Origin: a virus
Taxonomy: Duplodnaviria > Heunggongvirae > Uroviricota > Caudoviricetes
DNA length: 64,000 nucleotides
Direction: 5' to 3' (one strand)
Virus record (IMG/VR): IMGVR_UViG_3300045049_000270
Part shown: positions 1 to 8,630 of the stretch, piece by piece
How the letters are laid out: each line of letters opens with the position of its first letter
How positions within the stretch are numbered: the first letter of the stretch is position 1
Position numbers and translations under genes: made by a program
The notes under the pieces: generated by a model
Told to the model about the DNA's origin: nothing
Seen by the model: the letters and a program-made list of their open reading frames with translations, nothing else
The model's database searches: none

Positions 1-71
1 AGGACCGATCTTCCATCGTCATCAAGTTGAAGAATGGTTAATCTCCAGAGGCTACACACAAGGATAACAAA

Positions 72-533
72 ATGATAGTAGTGAACAAATTCTTCACCGA
101 AGGCATTGAGGCTCGCAAGAAAGATCAAAACCGTAACACCAACCCTTACAAAACAGGAATAAAGCTCACATTCATCCAGCGCCTGTTTTACACTAAGTAC
201 AGCAAGAAATCCTATGCTGATTTCGCAAAGGAAATGTGGTATGAAGGATGGGACGCAGAAGATCTCGATCAACGGATCACTCTGGAACGAATTAGAACAG
301 CAGAAGCTCAACACGCTGCTCAAGAACTATTCGCAAAAGAATGCCTCCAAGATCACAATCGCCTTACTTTCCTACTTCAACACTTCCTGAAACGAAATGG
401 CGGTTACCTGGATCTACAAGCGCTCGCAGTAGTGAAACTCGAATTCGGCGATCCAAAAGAATTCGATATAGTGAAATTCAAACACTGGTTAGATACTGAA
501 ATGAACAAACAACGAATCACGAATACAGCATGA
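72..533 (+). CDS. hypothetical protein (153 aa)
   Basis: ORF with AAGGA-like RBS upstream of the ATG. Confidence 0.5.
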   Translation: MIVVNKFFTEGIEARKKDQNRNTNPYKTGIKLTFIQRLFYTKYSKKSYADFAKEMWYEGWDAEDLDQRITLERIRTAEAQHAAQELFAKECLQDHNRLTFLLQHFLKRNGGYLDLQALAVVKLEFGDPKEFDIVKFKHWLDTEMNKQRITNTA

Positions 534-781
534 TTAAACTCGATGACCTTAAAAAGAATGCGTGGTACTACGGAGAAGGCTCAAACACACAAGGCATATG
601 GGCTTCCGTAGCATTGTGGGATTCACGCAACTTTTTAACCATCGATATAAAAACTCATACCCTTAAAACATTAACTTACAATACACAGTTTAAACCACTA
701 ACAATAATAGATTCGTCCTTCACACCAGACATACTAGAAACAATTAGCAATATCTTCACAAGTCTTTCAACTAAAGAATAA
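530..781 (+). CDS. hypothetical protein
   Basis: ATGA start/stop overlap with the upstream gene. Confidence 0.4.
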   Translation: MIKLDDLKKNAWYYGEGSNTQGIWASVALWDSRNFLTIDIKTHTLKTLTYNTQFKPLTIIDSSFTPDILETISNIFTSLSTKE

Positions 782-1168
782 CACCACCTAACTGAGAGCT
801 CGTAATGATCATTGTTCACGGACAATTCATGGGGATGAAGAATCGTGTCAGGGCTAAAGCCCTTCATGGACGACATCAAACCCAGGCAGAAGTCCTCAAA
901 TTTGAATTGACTACCAATTCTATCCAAAGCTCGGAAATATACCCGAGCATCTAATCTGACTGTCCACTATTAGTGTTATCCCGAACCGGTGATGAATGGT
1001 TCATCACGGCTGAACGTAATGGTATTAGCAATTAGCATATGAGGACATCCTGACGAAACAAATTGTTGCTGGAAGCAAATATATTTTTGATGAATCAAGC
1101 ACTTGTAATGGTTTACATTTACACTCGTAACTGCCGCAAGCGCGGTCTCACAAGAGGGAGACGACCTG

Positions 1169-1375
1169 ATGTTGACTAAGGATGAACGAACAGAGCTTAT
1201 TGCTTTTCGTCAGGCGGTTGAGGAAGTCGGTGAAGCAGGTTGGACTACCTGCATGATGTATATCAAATGTCGCGTTCGACAGATAACTGAGGGTTTGCCG
1301 GACCAACAGGTCCAATTTGGTAAGCTCTGTAAACTAGAAGACCACCAATCTTTCCAAAAACGATCGTTGACGTAA
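1169..1375 (+). CDS. hypothetical protein (68 aa)
   Basis: GGGAG RBS 7 nt upstream of the ATG. Confidence 0.45.
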   Translation: MLTKDERTELIAFRQAVEEVGEAGWTTCMMYIKCRVRQITEGLPDQQVQFGKLCKLEDHQSFQKRSLT

Positions 1376-1484
1376 TAGATCGCTTTCTTTAGCCCCTCGT
1401 TTTGTTGCTATTTGGCACATATGAACGAGGGGCTTTCATGTGATTGTATAATAAGGTTGTGTCAACTTTCCAAGGGGAAATAAC

Positions 1485-1673
1485 ATGACCGTCAGTCACA
1501 CCGCAGTTCTTGCTCGAATCAAAGAGATTCGTAACAAATACTACGAGGCGATGCGCCGCCAAGACCTGGAAGGATTCTTCCGTGAAATCGCAGTACAACA
1601 GTTGACTTCGGAAGCAGTATCAATTGCTCAAACTGAAGTGCGCGAACCCATCAAGCTGCGGAACGTGGCATAG
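1485..1673 (+). CDS. hypothetical protein (62 aa)
   Basis: GGGGAAATAAC-ATG context; TGTATAAT extended -10 upstream; followed by the terminator at 1693. Confidence 0.45.
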   Translation: MTVSHTAVLARIKEIRNKYYEAMRRQDLEGFFREIAVQQLTSEAVSIAQTEVREPIKLRNVA

Positions 1674-1692
1674 CGAACTTGTTGCCAGTAAT

Positions 1693-1726
1693 AAAAGGTG
1701 CCACAATATGGCACCTTTTATTTTGA
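1693..1726 (+). terminator. rho-independent terminator
   Basis: stem GGTGCC-ACAATAT-GGCACC followed by TTTTATTTT. Confidence 0.6.
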
Positions 1727-1733
1727 GCCCATC

Positions 1734-2042
1734 ATGGCTGAGTGCGTTCACTACAAAATCCGGAACAAGCGAACAGGACTGTATAAGCTCGCTACGAGTC
1801 ATACAAAATGGTCAAAGAACGGAAAAATGTTCACCTCAATGGCTGCTCTAATGTCACATCTAGCACTGTATACTGAACAGCGAGTGGTTGGTAACAACGT
1901 TCATGCTGTATACGTTATTGGTGATGAATGGGAAATAGTACCCTTTGTCATGCAACCAAGTGATGCGACAAATATAGTCGACTTCTTGACAACGCGTCAA
2001 CCAAACCGACCGATCGAAATCAACCCTGCCGAAAATGATTGA
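1734..2042 (+). CDS. hypothetical protein
   Basis: in-frame ATG downstream of the terminator hairpin; the track's upstream start lies inside the hairpin. Confidence 0.4.
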   Translation: MAECVHYKIRNKRTGLYKLATSHTKWSKNGKMFTSMAALMSHLALYTEQRVVGNNVHAVYVIGDEWEIVPFVMQPSDATNIVDFLTTRQPNRPIEINPAEND

Positions 2043-2478
2043 GTATCACAATTCAAAGTCCTTTGTTGAAGCATTTAGTGTGCTTCCGTTGTTGAAAGGA
2101 TTGGATCAACTTTACCCTGACTTTGAATACTGGTATATCAACCAGATGATGCCAGGCCTGATTACAGGCAATGACATTATGTTGTTATCAAAGGATAATG
2201 GTAGGGTGATTGGTGTTGCTCTAGGCAAGCAGACAGCTGAAGAAACAAAGCTGCGGTGTGTTCGAGTTTTACCTGAATATCAAAATAAAGGAACAGGATT
2301 GCATTTGATTGAGCGGATGTTGAAGCTACTTGATAATGACAAACCAAGTTGTACTGTTGCCGAAGAAATGTTTCATATGTATAGTCGAGCATTCATTAAT
2401 CATTTCGACTTCATCTTGAGTAAGGTGGAAAAAGGTTTATACCGACCTGGTAAAATGGAGTATGTATTCAATGTCTGA
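2035..2478 (+). CDS. GNAT-family N-acetyltransferase
   Basis: acetyl-CoA-binding motif VLPEYQNKGTGLHLIE (Q/RxxGxG); ATGA overlap with upstream gene. Confidence 0.6.
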   Translation: MIEYHNSKSFVEAFSVLPLLKGLDQLYPDFEYWYINQMMPGLITGNDIMLLSKDNGRVIGVALGKQTAEETKLRCVRVLPEYQNKGTGLHLIERMLKLLDNDKPSCTVAEEMFHMYSRAFINHFDFILSKVEKGLYRPGKMEYVFNV

Positions 2479-2830
2479 AATCAACGAAAAAACTACCGCA
2501 TTGACCAGGATCATATGGACTGCGCACCTTGCACTTCCAATTATGTGGTTGGGCTTGGATATCGCCTGGGCCGAGGTAGTATGGATTTGGCTGGTAACAA
2601 CTATGCTGGGCATTACGATTATTGGTGTCATTGCTCGTAATTACTATTTGCGTTGGGCAGCAAGTAATGGTGAACAGCCTGATATTTCTTTTGCTCCGGC
2701 CACACCAATTGATTTTTTATTCCATTTAGCTTTCACATTAGTGGAAACATATTTGATGTTGTTTTGCGCGCACCACCCATTACTTGCTGCTATGTTGGTG
2801 GCAACTCAGACGATTTTACTTTTTGAATAA
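2462..2830 (+). CDS. small integral membrane protein
   Basis: several hydrophobic helices (LALPIMWLGLDIAWAEVVWIWLVTTMLGITIIGVIA). Confidence 0.45.
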   Translation: MYSMSEINEKTTALTRIIWTAHLALPIMWLGLDIAWAEVVWIWLVTTMLGITIIGVIARNYYLRWAASNGEQPDISFAPATPIDFLFHLAFTLVETYLMLFCAHHPLLAAMLVATQTILLFE

Positions 2831-2841
2831 GAAGAATAAAC

Positions 2842-3246
2842 ATGGATTTCTATTTGATTGCCAGCATTATAATGGCGCTTACAATTCTTGGGATGATTTT
2901 TGGATATGTGATTGGTCGTCAAGTCGGATATGATTACGCTCAAGATGAAATCGAGCCTGAGCTGGATAAATTGGCTGACGCAGTAACTGAACGTAATAAA
3001 GCCGATTTGGCATTGCGTAATGCCATGCAACCACATTTGGAAAATTCACAACGGTATCAATTGATACGTTACTATCTAGAACACGATAATGGTGATATTG
3101 CATTTGACGCATTCTATGGTGCTGGTGCAATTAGAACGGCTATTGAACTCGATCAGATGCTTGATACTGATCTTGACGAGCGTAATGTGCGTCTTGACCT
3201 AGAATCATTTGATCAACTACAAAACCAACTCAACAAAAAGGTCTGA
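2842..3246 (+). CDS. membrane-anchored protein
   Basis: N-terminal TM helix (FYLIASIIMALTILGMIFGYVIG) then an acidic soluble domain. Confidence 0.45.
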   Translation: MDFYLIASIIMALTILGMIFGYVIGRQVGYDYAQDEIEPELDKLADAVTERNKADLALRNAMQPHLENSQRYQLIRYYLEHDNGDIAFDAFYGAGAIRTAIELDQMLDTDLDERNVRLDLESFDQLQNQLNKKV

Positions 3247-3248
3247 TT

Positions 3249-3422
3249 ATGTTTTTCCTTCTCGATCTAGGCGGTATCGCAATTCTGGCTCTCGGTATCT
3301 ACGTTGGTATGAAATTCGACAAGTGGTTTGGTAGCAATCACCGTAACCTTCATGCCATTTACAAGCATCTTGGTGTTCACAATCAAGAAGATGCTCTAGC
3401 AAAAATCGATGGGAAACCGTAA
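3249..3422 (+). CDS. small TM peptide (57 aa, below the ORF-track cutoff)
   Basis: ATG at 3249; MFFLLDLGGIAILALGIYVGMKF hydrophobic N-terminus; fills the gap between genes. Confidence 0.3.
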   Translation: MFFLLDLGGIAILALGIYVGMKFDKWFGSNHRNLHAIYKHLGVHNQEDALAKIDGKP

Positions 3423-3425
3423 TAA

Positions 3426-4190
3426 GTGAGCGTTTATCTTCGGCACATACCAATCAAAGACATCAGCGTGCCAGTACTGAATGTCAGTGCTGGTAATAAA
3501 AATGTCCTAAGTGTTCCAACGCAGCTTGGTTGTCCGGTCGGTTGTTCATTTTGCGTATCAACTACCAATAAATTTGTTCGTAATCTCACTGCTGATGAGA
3601 TTGTTGATTTGGTGGTCAAAAATGCACCAAATCACCCATTTGTTCTTTCATTTACTGGCGAGGGTGATGTTCTCTTTAACACCGAGAATGTGAGCAATGC
3701 TTTATCAACCCTCTACACTCTTAGCATACCGATCACATCAGTTCGTTATTCGATAAGTGGGGTTGCATCCCGCCGGATACGTTTTCTTGATACTACCACT
3801 TTCCCTGCTGAGTTACAGGTGTCGATGCACACTTTTAATCAGTCGATTCGTGATAAGATGATTCCAAAATCTGATCCGATTTATCGGATTTTGGAATCCG
3901 TATCCATGCATTACGCATCGTTCTCCAAAATTAGAATCAACTATGTATTGCGTGAAGGATTGAATGATACTCCTGGCGATATTACCCACCTTAAGCATTG
4001 GGGACATAATGATTGGGACTTCATTCTTAACCCATTCCTCACGCCTAACGGTGCTATCGTACATCCACGTGTAGATGACATAGCTATGGAAATGTTCTTT
4101 TCGGGTAGAAATGTCTATGTGTTTCGCAATGTAGGCGAAGACATCTGCGATAACGAGATTTACAATAACCTTACGTATCGCCAGCATTGA
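3426..4190 (+). CDS. radical SAM enzyme
   Basis: CxxxCxxC cluster motif in LGCPVGCSFCVST near the N-terminus; GTG start. Confidence 0.6.
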   Translation: MSVYLRHIPIKDISVPVLNVSAGNKNVLSVPTQLGCPVGCSFCVSTTNKFVRNLTADEIVDLVVKNAPNHPFVLSFTGEGDVLFNTENVSNALSTLYTLSIPITSVRYSISGVASRRIRFLDTTTFPAELQVSMHTFNQSIRDKMIPKSDPIYRILESVSMHYASFSKIRINYVLREGLNDTPGDITHLKHWGHNDWDFILNPFLTPNGAIVHPRVDDIAMEMFFSGRNVYVFRNVGEDICDNEIYNNLTYRQH

Positions 4191-4248
4191 CTCCTCGTTC
4201 AACTGGCCGTATCATTTGAAACATGAAAACAGCATAAGGAGTAGCGAT

Positions 4249-4440
4249 ATGGTAACGACAAAAATTTATCTCTTTCCGAATGACCGTGCGCCTGAATTCA
4301 AAGACATTCATTTTGAATGCGAATCTCATCTTGAGCAAATCATGCGACAAATTGTTGCAAACACTAAGTTGATTCGTGTTAGTGATTTGCAATCAATCGC
4401 GGACACTCTTGCTACGCACGTCAAAGCAAATAGGTGTTGA
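4249..4440 (+). CDS. hypothetical protein
   Basis: AAGGAG RBS then ATG (MVTTKIY...). Confidence 0.4.
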   Translation: MVTTKIYLFPNDRAPEFKDIHFECESHLEQIMRQIVANTKLIRVSDLQSIADTLATHVKANRC

Positions 4441-4480
4441 CATCATGTTCAAGTGAAACTATCATTTGAATATGATGAAC
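4437..4480 (+). promoter_or_regulatory. family-P sigma70-like promoter cassette
   Basis: -35 TTGACA 4437-4442, N17 containing CATGTTCA, -10 TATCAT 4460-4465, TTGAA downstream. Confidence 0.55.
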
Positions 4481-4498
4481 ATCACGGAGCGTTCGAAA

Positions 4499-4747
4499 AT
4501 GGCCACAAAACTTGAGCATAACATCGAAGTTCTGGGTGAAGAAGTAGTGCGTGAGTTTTATCGAGTTATTGTAACCGAACCTCGCCCGATTATTGGTACT
4601 CACACTTACGATCACATCATATGGATTGGTGAAGCGAAACCTGAAAAATTGAATTATCTTAAACGCAAAGCACGTGAAAATGGTGCAAGCTTCCGTGATG
4701 TAAAAGTTGAAGTGAAGCGCTACGATTGGTCCCCAGAACTCGACTAA
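4499..4747 (+). CDS. hypothetical protein
   Basis: family-P promoter at 4437; GGAG RBS; ATG MATKLEH; terminator at 4746. Confidence 0.5.
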   Translation: MATKLEHNIEVLGEEVVREFYRVIVTEPRPIIGTHTYDHIIWIGEAKPEKLNYLKRKARENGASFRDVKVEVKRYDWSPELD

Positions 4748-4781
4748 AGATTAAGGGGCTAAATGGCCCCTTAATCTTTTC
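4746..4781 (+). terminator. rho-independent terminator
   Basis: AAGATTAAGGGGC-TAAAT-GGCCCCTTAATCTTTT. Confidence 0.7.
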
Positions 4782-4833
4782 ATAAATAGTTCCGAACGGT
4801 ATTAACACATTCCTTAACTCGGACGGGATTATT

Positions 4834-5202
4834 ATGGATAACAAATTCTGGGGTTATCACCTCATGCTGGACTGTGCAGGTTGTAAAGTTGACGGTGGCA
4901 TTGGTAGCAAGGAAGCAATCTACAACTTCATCAAGGAACTAGTCGTCGCTATCGATATGGAAGCGCACGGCGAGCCTATCATCGAATATCTGTTGCCAGG
5001 CGATCCAAAGCAGGGCTATAGCCTGATGCAGCTCATCACGACCTCCAACATTTGCGGGCATTTTATGGACCTCGATGGCACTGCTTACTTCGACGTATTT
5101 TCCTGTCGAGAATATGATCAGCAAACAGTGATCGACATGGTTAACAAGTATTTTGCTCCACAACGTACTCGAATTAATTTCGTTACACGTCACGCAGGCT
5201 AA
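4834..5202 (+). CDS. S-adenosylmethionine decarboxylase-like protein (SpeH/class 1 AdoMetDC fold)
   Basis: matches small pyruvoyl AdoMetDC: GYHLMLDCAGC ... QGYSLMQLITTSNICGHF ... AYFDVFSC; the canonical ESH cleavage site reads TSN here. Confidence 0.5.
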   Translation: MDNKFWGYHLMLDCAGCKVDGGIGSKEAIYNFIKELVVAIDMEAHGEPIIEYLLPGDPKQGYSLMQLITTSNICGHFMDLDGTAYFDVFSCREYDQQTVIDMVNKYFAPQRTRINFVTRHAG

Positions 5203-5221
5203 TTCTTCGCCGCCACAATAA

Positions 5222-5249
5222 ATATCCCCTACTAGTTAGGGGATTTTTC
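5222..5249 (+). terminator. rho-independent terminator
   Basis: ATCCCCTA-CTAGT-TAGGGGAT followed by TTTTC. Confidence 0.65.
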
Positions 5250-5666
5250 ATGGGTGCTCACCGTACACCTCCAAAGCCACCATATTTCGATACAGTGCCA
5301 GAAGGCACTTGTCGTTGGTGCAATCAAGAAGTTGGTCTAACGCCTAAGGGCAAGCAAAGCAAATCACGCTGGCATCCTGCCTGTCTAGCTGAATACAAAC
5401 TGTTGTTCTGGCCCGCCACTACCCGTCGCGCAGTGTACAAACGCGATCGAGCAAAGTGTAATCAATGTGGTGCCAAGTGCGACCGTTACCAGAATCCTTG
5501 GCACATGGATCACATCAAACCACTCGTGGAAGCTCAAGGAAACTTGGACTACTGGCGACTACCAAACTTGCAGACGCTATGCGAACCATGTCATACTGCC
5601 AAAACTTCCCATGAAGCAACTGAACGCGCAGCCAAACGTAGAGCAGCAAAAGACAAAAACGCTTGA
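5250..5666 (+). CDS. HNH endonuclease
   Basis: CNQCG...WHMDHIKP...NLQTLCEPCHTAKT (HNH/zinc-finger nuclease motifs). Confidence 0.75.
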   Translation: MGAHRTPPKPPYFDTVPEGTCRWCNQEVGLTPKGKQSKSRWHPACLAEYKLLFWPATTRRAVYKRDRAKCNQCGAKCDRYQNPWHMDHIKPLVEAQGNLDYWRLPNLQTLCEPCHTAKTSHEATERAAKRRAAKDKNA

Positions 5667-5720
5667 TACTTGGTTCATATGAACGTATCATCTTTGTATG
5701 GTGAACAGCAAAGGAGATTC
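5664..5720 (+). promoter_or_regulatory. family-P promoter cassette
   Basis: TTGATA-N16-TATCAT with GGTTCATATGAACG spacer; leader GGTGAACAGCAAAGGAG. Confidence 0.55.
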
Positions 5721-5722
5721 AA

Positions 5723-5929
5723 ATGAGCTACACGGTGGTCGTTGAAATTAAAGTTGTCAACACTGAAGGTGAAGTGGTAGACCACAAAGGCTATCCGCAC
5801 ATGAACCCGCAGCGCAATTTCCATCCGCTGCAAACGGAACAGCGCTTTGTTACGTTCGAAGATGTCGAAAAGGCACACAACACGCTGAATGTGCTGCACG
5901 GTGTTGTCAAGCAGATGCAACAGCTTTAA
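5723..5929 (+). CDS. hypothetical protein (68 aa)
   Basis: family-P promoter at 5664; AAGGAG RBS. Confidence 0.45.
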   Translation: MSYTVVVEIKVVNTEGEVVDHKGYPHMNPQRNFHPLQTEQRFVTFEDVEKAHNTLNVLHGVVKQMQQL

Positions 5930-5945
5930 TTAACGGGAGCAGAAC

Positions 5946-6176
5946 ATGACTGCTATTGTCAAGAAGATCAAGCTGGAAATGGAAGTGTGGTGCGACGATT
6001 CGCGCGAATTTCACAACCTCATGCAGCTCATCAAGCAAGCACGTGTGATGGAAGGCGAGAATGGGCGGCACTGTGGGTATGGTTTTGCGATTCGAGTCGA
6101 TGAAGTGCCCGAGAAGGCTGTCCGTAAGGCGCTGGGCTTCCGTGTCGCTGACGTCGATTTCTGCGATTGTGACTAA
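5946..6176 (+). CDS. hypothetical protein (76 aa)
   Basis: GGGAG RBS then ATG. Confidence 0.45.
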   Translation: MTAIVKKIKLEMEVWCDDSREFHNLMQLIKQARVMEGENGRHCGYGFAIRVDEVPEKAVRKALGFRVADVDFCDCD

Positions 6177-6182
6177 AATCTC

Positions 6183-6240
6183 TTGATTCATGTTTAATAT
6201 GAACTTACCATCTGAACATGGTTAAACAATTGCAAGGAGT
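6183..6240 (+). promoter_or_regulatory. family-P promoter cassette
   Basis: TTGATT-N17-TACCAT; CTGAACATGGTTAAACAA leader; AAGGAG. Confidence 0.55.
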
Positions 6241-6245
6241 TCACG

Positions 6246-6545
6246 ATGTACATCGGCATGACGAAGACGGCATATGGGACACAACGCATTTATGTTCGCG
6301 CCCGCGACGTTGAACTGGAAAAGCTGTACGATCATTTCCAGACCTTCAAGAAGTTCCTGGATCTGGTGTGCTGCTGGGGTGGCGCCGACAAGTCCGATCG
6401 TGACCGCGACGGTGAAGGTGGCTTCATCTCGTGGGAGATCAGCGAAGAAGATGCATATTCCGTCTACAATGCTTTGCCGGTCATGCTGCGTCGTATGGGC
6501 GTGTCCTTCGAAGAAGACATTCTGAAGGCAACCGACTGCTCCTAA
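6246..6545 (+). CDS. hypothetical protein (99 aa)
   Basis: family-P promoter at 6183; AAGGAG RBS. Confidence 0.45.
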   Translation: MYIGMTKTAYGTQRIYVRARDVELEKLYDHFQTFKKFLDLVCCWGGADKSDRDRDGEGGFISWEISEEDAYSVYNALPVMLRRMGVSFEEDILKATDCS

Positions 6546-6646
6546 GGTGTTCACGTGAAAGTCATCAAGATTGAATTGCTCGATGCCAACGAGCGCGAAG
6601 TGGGACAATGACGTGTGGAAAGAATACTACGTCGAGTGAAAAACAC

Positions 6647-6704
6647 TTGATACCATGTTCAGATGAACATATCATGCGAAACATGGTAGACAGACAGGAG
6701 AAGG
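6647..6704 (+). promoter_or_regulatory. family-P promoter cassette
   Basis: TTGATA-N17-TATCAT; perfect palindrome ATGTTCAGATGAACAT in the spacer; leader AACATGGTAGACAGACAGGAG. Confidence 0.6.
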
Positions 6705-6706
6705 AG

Positions 6707-6925
6707 ATGAACAGCGCAGAACGTTACAAGGCACGTCAACAAGAACGTCGTGTTGAAACTGAACGTGCTCTCCTTGAATTTCAAGAATATGGTTTCGAGA
6801 TCTTCGAAACCAGTGAGCAAACGGCAAAGATTCACATGGAACAAGCTGCTGCTCTTCTTGCACGTTACCAATCTAAAGAACGCGTTCAGATGATGATCGT
6901 GGCCTTACAAAAAGCAATCTCATGA
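6707..6925 (+). CDS. hypothetical protein
   Basis: family-P promoter at 6647; GGAGAAGGAG RBS; ATG MNSAERYK; the track start lies inside the leader. Confidence 0.45.
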   Translation: MNSAERYKARQQERRVETERALLEFQEYGFEIFETSEQTAKIHMEQAAALLARYQSKERVQMMIVALQKAIS

Positions 6926-7212
6926 GTGTTATTGAAGAGCTCGACGAAGGTTCGCTAAATACATTCCTTTCAACATTTTATGTTGAAAGGGGAGTCATCA
7001 AAGCAAGCTTGCGTTCGTTTAAGAAACCAATATATCTTGTTGATCTGGATATAAGAAATTGGACGACAAGCAATCAAGATGAAGTAATATCTTGGTTGAA
7101 AGAAAATACAAAGGACGACTATGTTTCCGACATTGCCGTTGGCATGTTTTTCTTTCAAAGCCACGTCGATGCTATGCAGTTTTACCTAACGTGGGGAGAT
7201 CGCTTTGTCTAG
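6922..7212 (+). CDS. LTWG-family paralog (C-terminal FF..DA..FYLTWG motif)
   Basis: C-terminus FFFQSHVDAMQFYLTWG; ATGA overlap. Confidence 0.5.
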   Translation: MSVIEELDEGSLNTFLSTFYVERGVIKASLRSFKKPIYLVDLDIRNWTTSNQDEVISWLKENTKDDYVSDIAVGMFFFQSHVDAMQFYLTWGDRFV

Positions 7213-7531
7213 CATTGTCGAAATAACTGATGTCGAAGCGTTTTTGAACCAGTTCGACAAAGACATCAAGAAAGCAGTACGCCAGCGCATCAATACCCTT
7301 GACGAAGTCCCCTTTTATCTAGTGACTATCACGGGCAACGATGTGACAAAGAACGCTGCGGTTTATACCATGTTCGAGTGGCTGCTAGACAATGTTCAGC
7401 ATAAAGTGGTAAAGCAATACCCCCATGCACGCTTAGGATATACTGCGGTGAGCGCTATGGGTTATTACTTCTTCAAACAACACGCAGATGCACTTGCATT
7501 CTATTTCAGGTTTGGTAATGAATATGAGTAG
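7205..7531 (+). CDS. LTWG-family paralog
   Basis: C-terminus YYFFKQHADALAFYFRFG; TTG start overlapping the upstream stop. Confidence 0.45.
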   Translation: MSSIVEITDVEAFLNQFDKDIKKAVRQRINTLDEVPFYLVTITGNDVTKNAAVYTMFEWLLDNVQHKVVKQYPHARLGYTAVSAMGYYFFKQHADALAFYFRFGNEYE

Positions 7532-7533
7532 GT

Positions 7534-7911
7534 TTAAAACAACCTAGCTATCCACAAACCGGATCGATATGCGATTGTACCAAATAGCGTCAACGGCCAC
7601 AACATAATCAAGCAAAAATCAAGCTCATCATCCCCGCTGAGAGTACCATCCCCAGTCACTAAGTGTCGGAACACTCCAAACGTTGCACCAATACCAAATA
7701 CGTACAGCACAACGATAAGCACACCGAGCCAAATCGGTAAGTATGCGACGCATACGGCCGCAAGCGTAATCACAAGAAACAAAATCAAAAATCCGATCAT
7801 ATCGATCCTCACATAATAGGTTGCCATTTTACACTGACAATCTCTTGTCAAAGTGGTTTTCCGCCATGTTGCATCAAAGCAACGAATCAAAAAGTTGAAA
7901 AATTTGTTCAT
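7534..7911 (-). CDS. small membrane protein (start uncertain)
   Basis: two TM helices (IGFLILFLVITLAAVCVAYLPIWLGVLIVVLYVFGIGATFGVF); one of few minus-strand genes. Confidence 0.4.
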   Translation of the reverse strand: MNKFFNFLIRCFDATWRKTTLTRDCQCKMATYYVRIDMIGFLILFLVITLAAVCVAYLPIWLGVLIVVLYVFGIGATFGVFRHLVTGDGTLSGDDELDFCLIMLWPLTLFGTIAYRSGLWIARLF

Positions 7912-7917
7912 TTAGCT

Positions 7918-8010
7918 GTTGACTCAAGTATCAAATGAACACAGAATGTGATACATGGTAGACGCGCAGTGCAAAGAAAGCACTGCAAAATGGTAAAAAC
8001 TTTAAAGGAG
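7918..8010 (+). promoter_or_regulatory. family-P-like promoter (longer leader) upstream of WGR paralog 1
   Basis: TTGACT-N17-CAGAAT; TCAAATGAACA spacer; GATACATGGTAGAC leader; AAGGAG. Confidence 0.45.
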
Positions 8011-8017
8011 ATTACAA

Positions 8018-8515
8018 ATGGCAAAGGTTGAAATTCTGCGTGTTGGTCATGCACTGATCGCTGGCAAGCGTGGTGATAACGGTGGTGCTCCGTCGAAGGA
8101 CAGCGTGTTCGGTGTGGCAAAGGTACAAGGCAACCTCGTGACGTTCGGTGGCCGCCGTGGTGGCATGCTGCGTTTCAAGACATACAAGAAAGATGCACTC
8201 GAAAGCGTACTCGCATTTTACGCGAAGAAGCTGACGGGCAAGGACAAGGGTTTTGCGTATAAGGATCTCGATGCTGCGGCTCAGGTCGAAACGCTCGGTG
8301 CCGATTTTGAAGCAAACCTCGGCAAGATGTTCTACAAGGCGATGGGCAACGGCAAGCTGAACACGCGTTCGACGAAGCCGCAAGCTCCGAAGTACAAGGC
8401 ACCGAACCCGAAGAAGGTGTTCGCGTTCCCGACGCAAGCTTCGGTGGCGGCTGCCGCTGCGGCAGCCGAAAAGGCAGCCAAGAAGGCGGCAAAGGCCGAT
8501 AAGGCTGCTGCGTAA
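8018..8515 (+). CDS. WGR-domain-like small basic protein, paralog 1, with Ala/Lys-rich tail
   Basis: SKDSVFGVAKV...GRRGGMLRFKT...KKLTGK resembles the WGR core (FWEIE..G..V.V.WGRIG..G); H1-like tail AEKAAKKAAKADKAAA. Confidence 0.6.
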   Translation: MAKVEILRVGHALIAGKRGDNGGAPSKDSVFGVAKVQGNLVTFGGRRGGMLRFKTYKKDALESVLAFYAKKLTGKDKGFAYKDLDAAAQVETLGADFEANLGKMFYKAMGNGKLNTRSTKPQAPKYKAPNPKKVFAFPTQASVAAAAAAAEKAAKKAAKADKAAA

Positions 8516-8532
8516 GCAGTAACGCGTAATAC

Positions 8533-8565
8533 AATGGCTAGGTTTTACCCTAGCCATCGTCATTT
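8533..8565 (+). terminator. probable terminator hairpin (weak U-tract)
   Basis: ATGGCTAGG-TTTTAC-CCTAGCCAT. Confidence 0.45.
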
Positions 8566-8571
8566 CTGGTG

Positions 8572-8628
8572 TTGATGTTTTGTTCATTTGAACTTACCAT
8601 ATGATTATGGTTAACAACAGGAGCAAAC
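8572..8628 (+). promoter_or_regulatory. family-P promoter cassette
   Basis: TTGATG-N17-TACCAT; TTGTTCATTTGAAC spacer; ATGGTTAACAACAGGAG leader. Confidence 0.55.
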
Positions 8629-8630
8629 AA

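Noticed and set aside
1381-1440. Hairpin AGCCCCTCGTT...AACGAGGGGCT after the 1169 gene as a terminator
   Set aside because: The stem is good but it is followed by only TTTCA. It also contains the family-P half-site CATATGAACG, so it may instead be a regulatory site, and I left it unannotated.
8012-8587. 191-aa minus-strand ORF antisense to WGR paralog 1; similarly 14648-15307 (219 aa) antisense to paralog 2 and 26106-26564 antisense to the 26220 gene
   Set aside because: They lie fully antisense to better-supported + strand genes that have a promoter, RBS and terminator. Their Cys/Arg/Leu-rich composition is typical of antisense frames of GC-biased codons.
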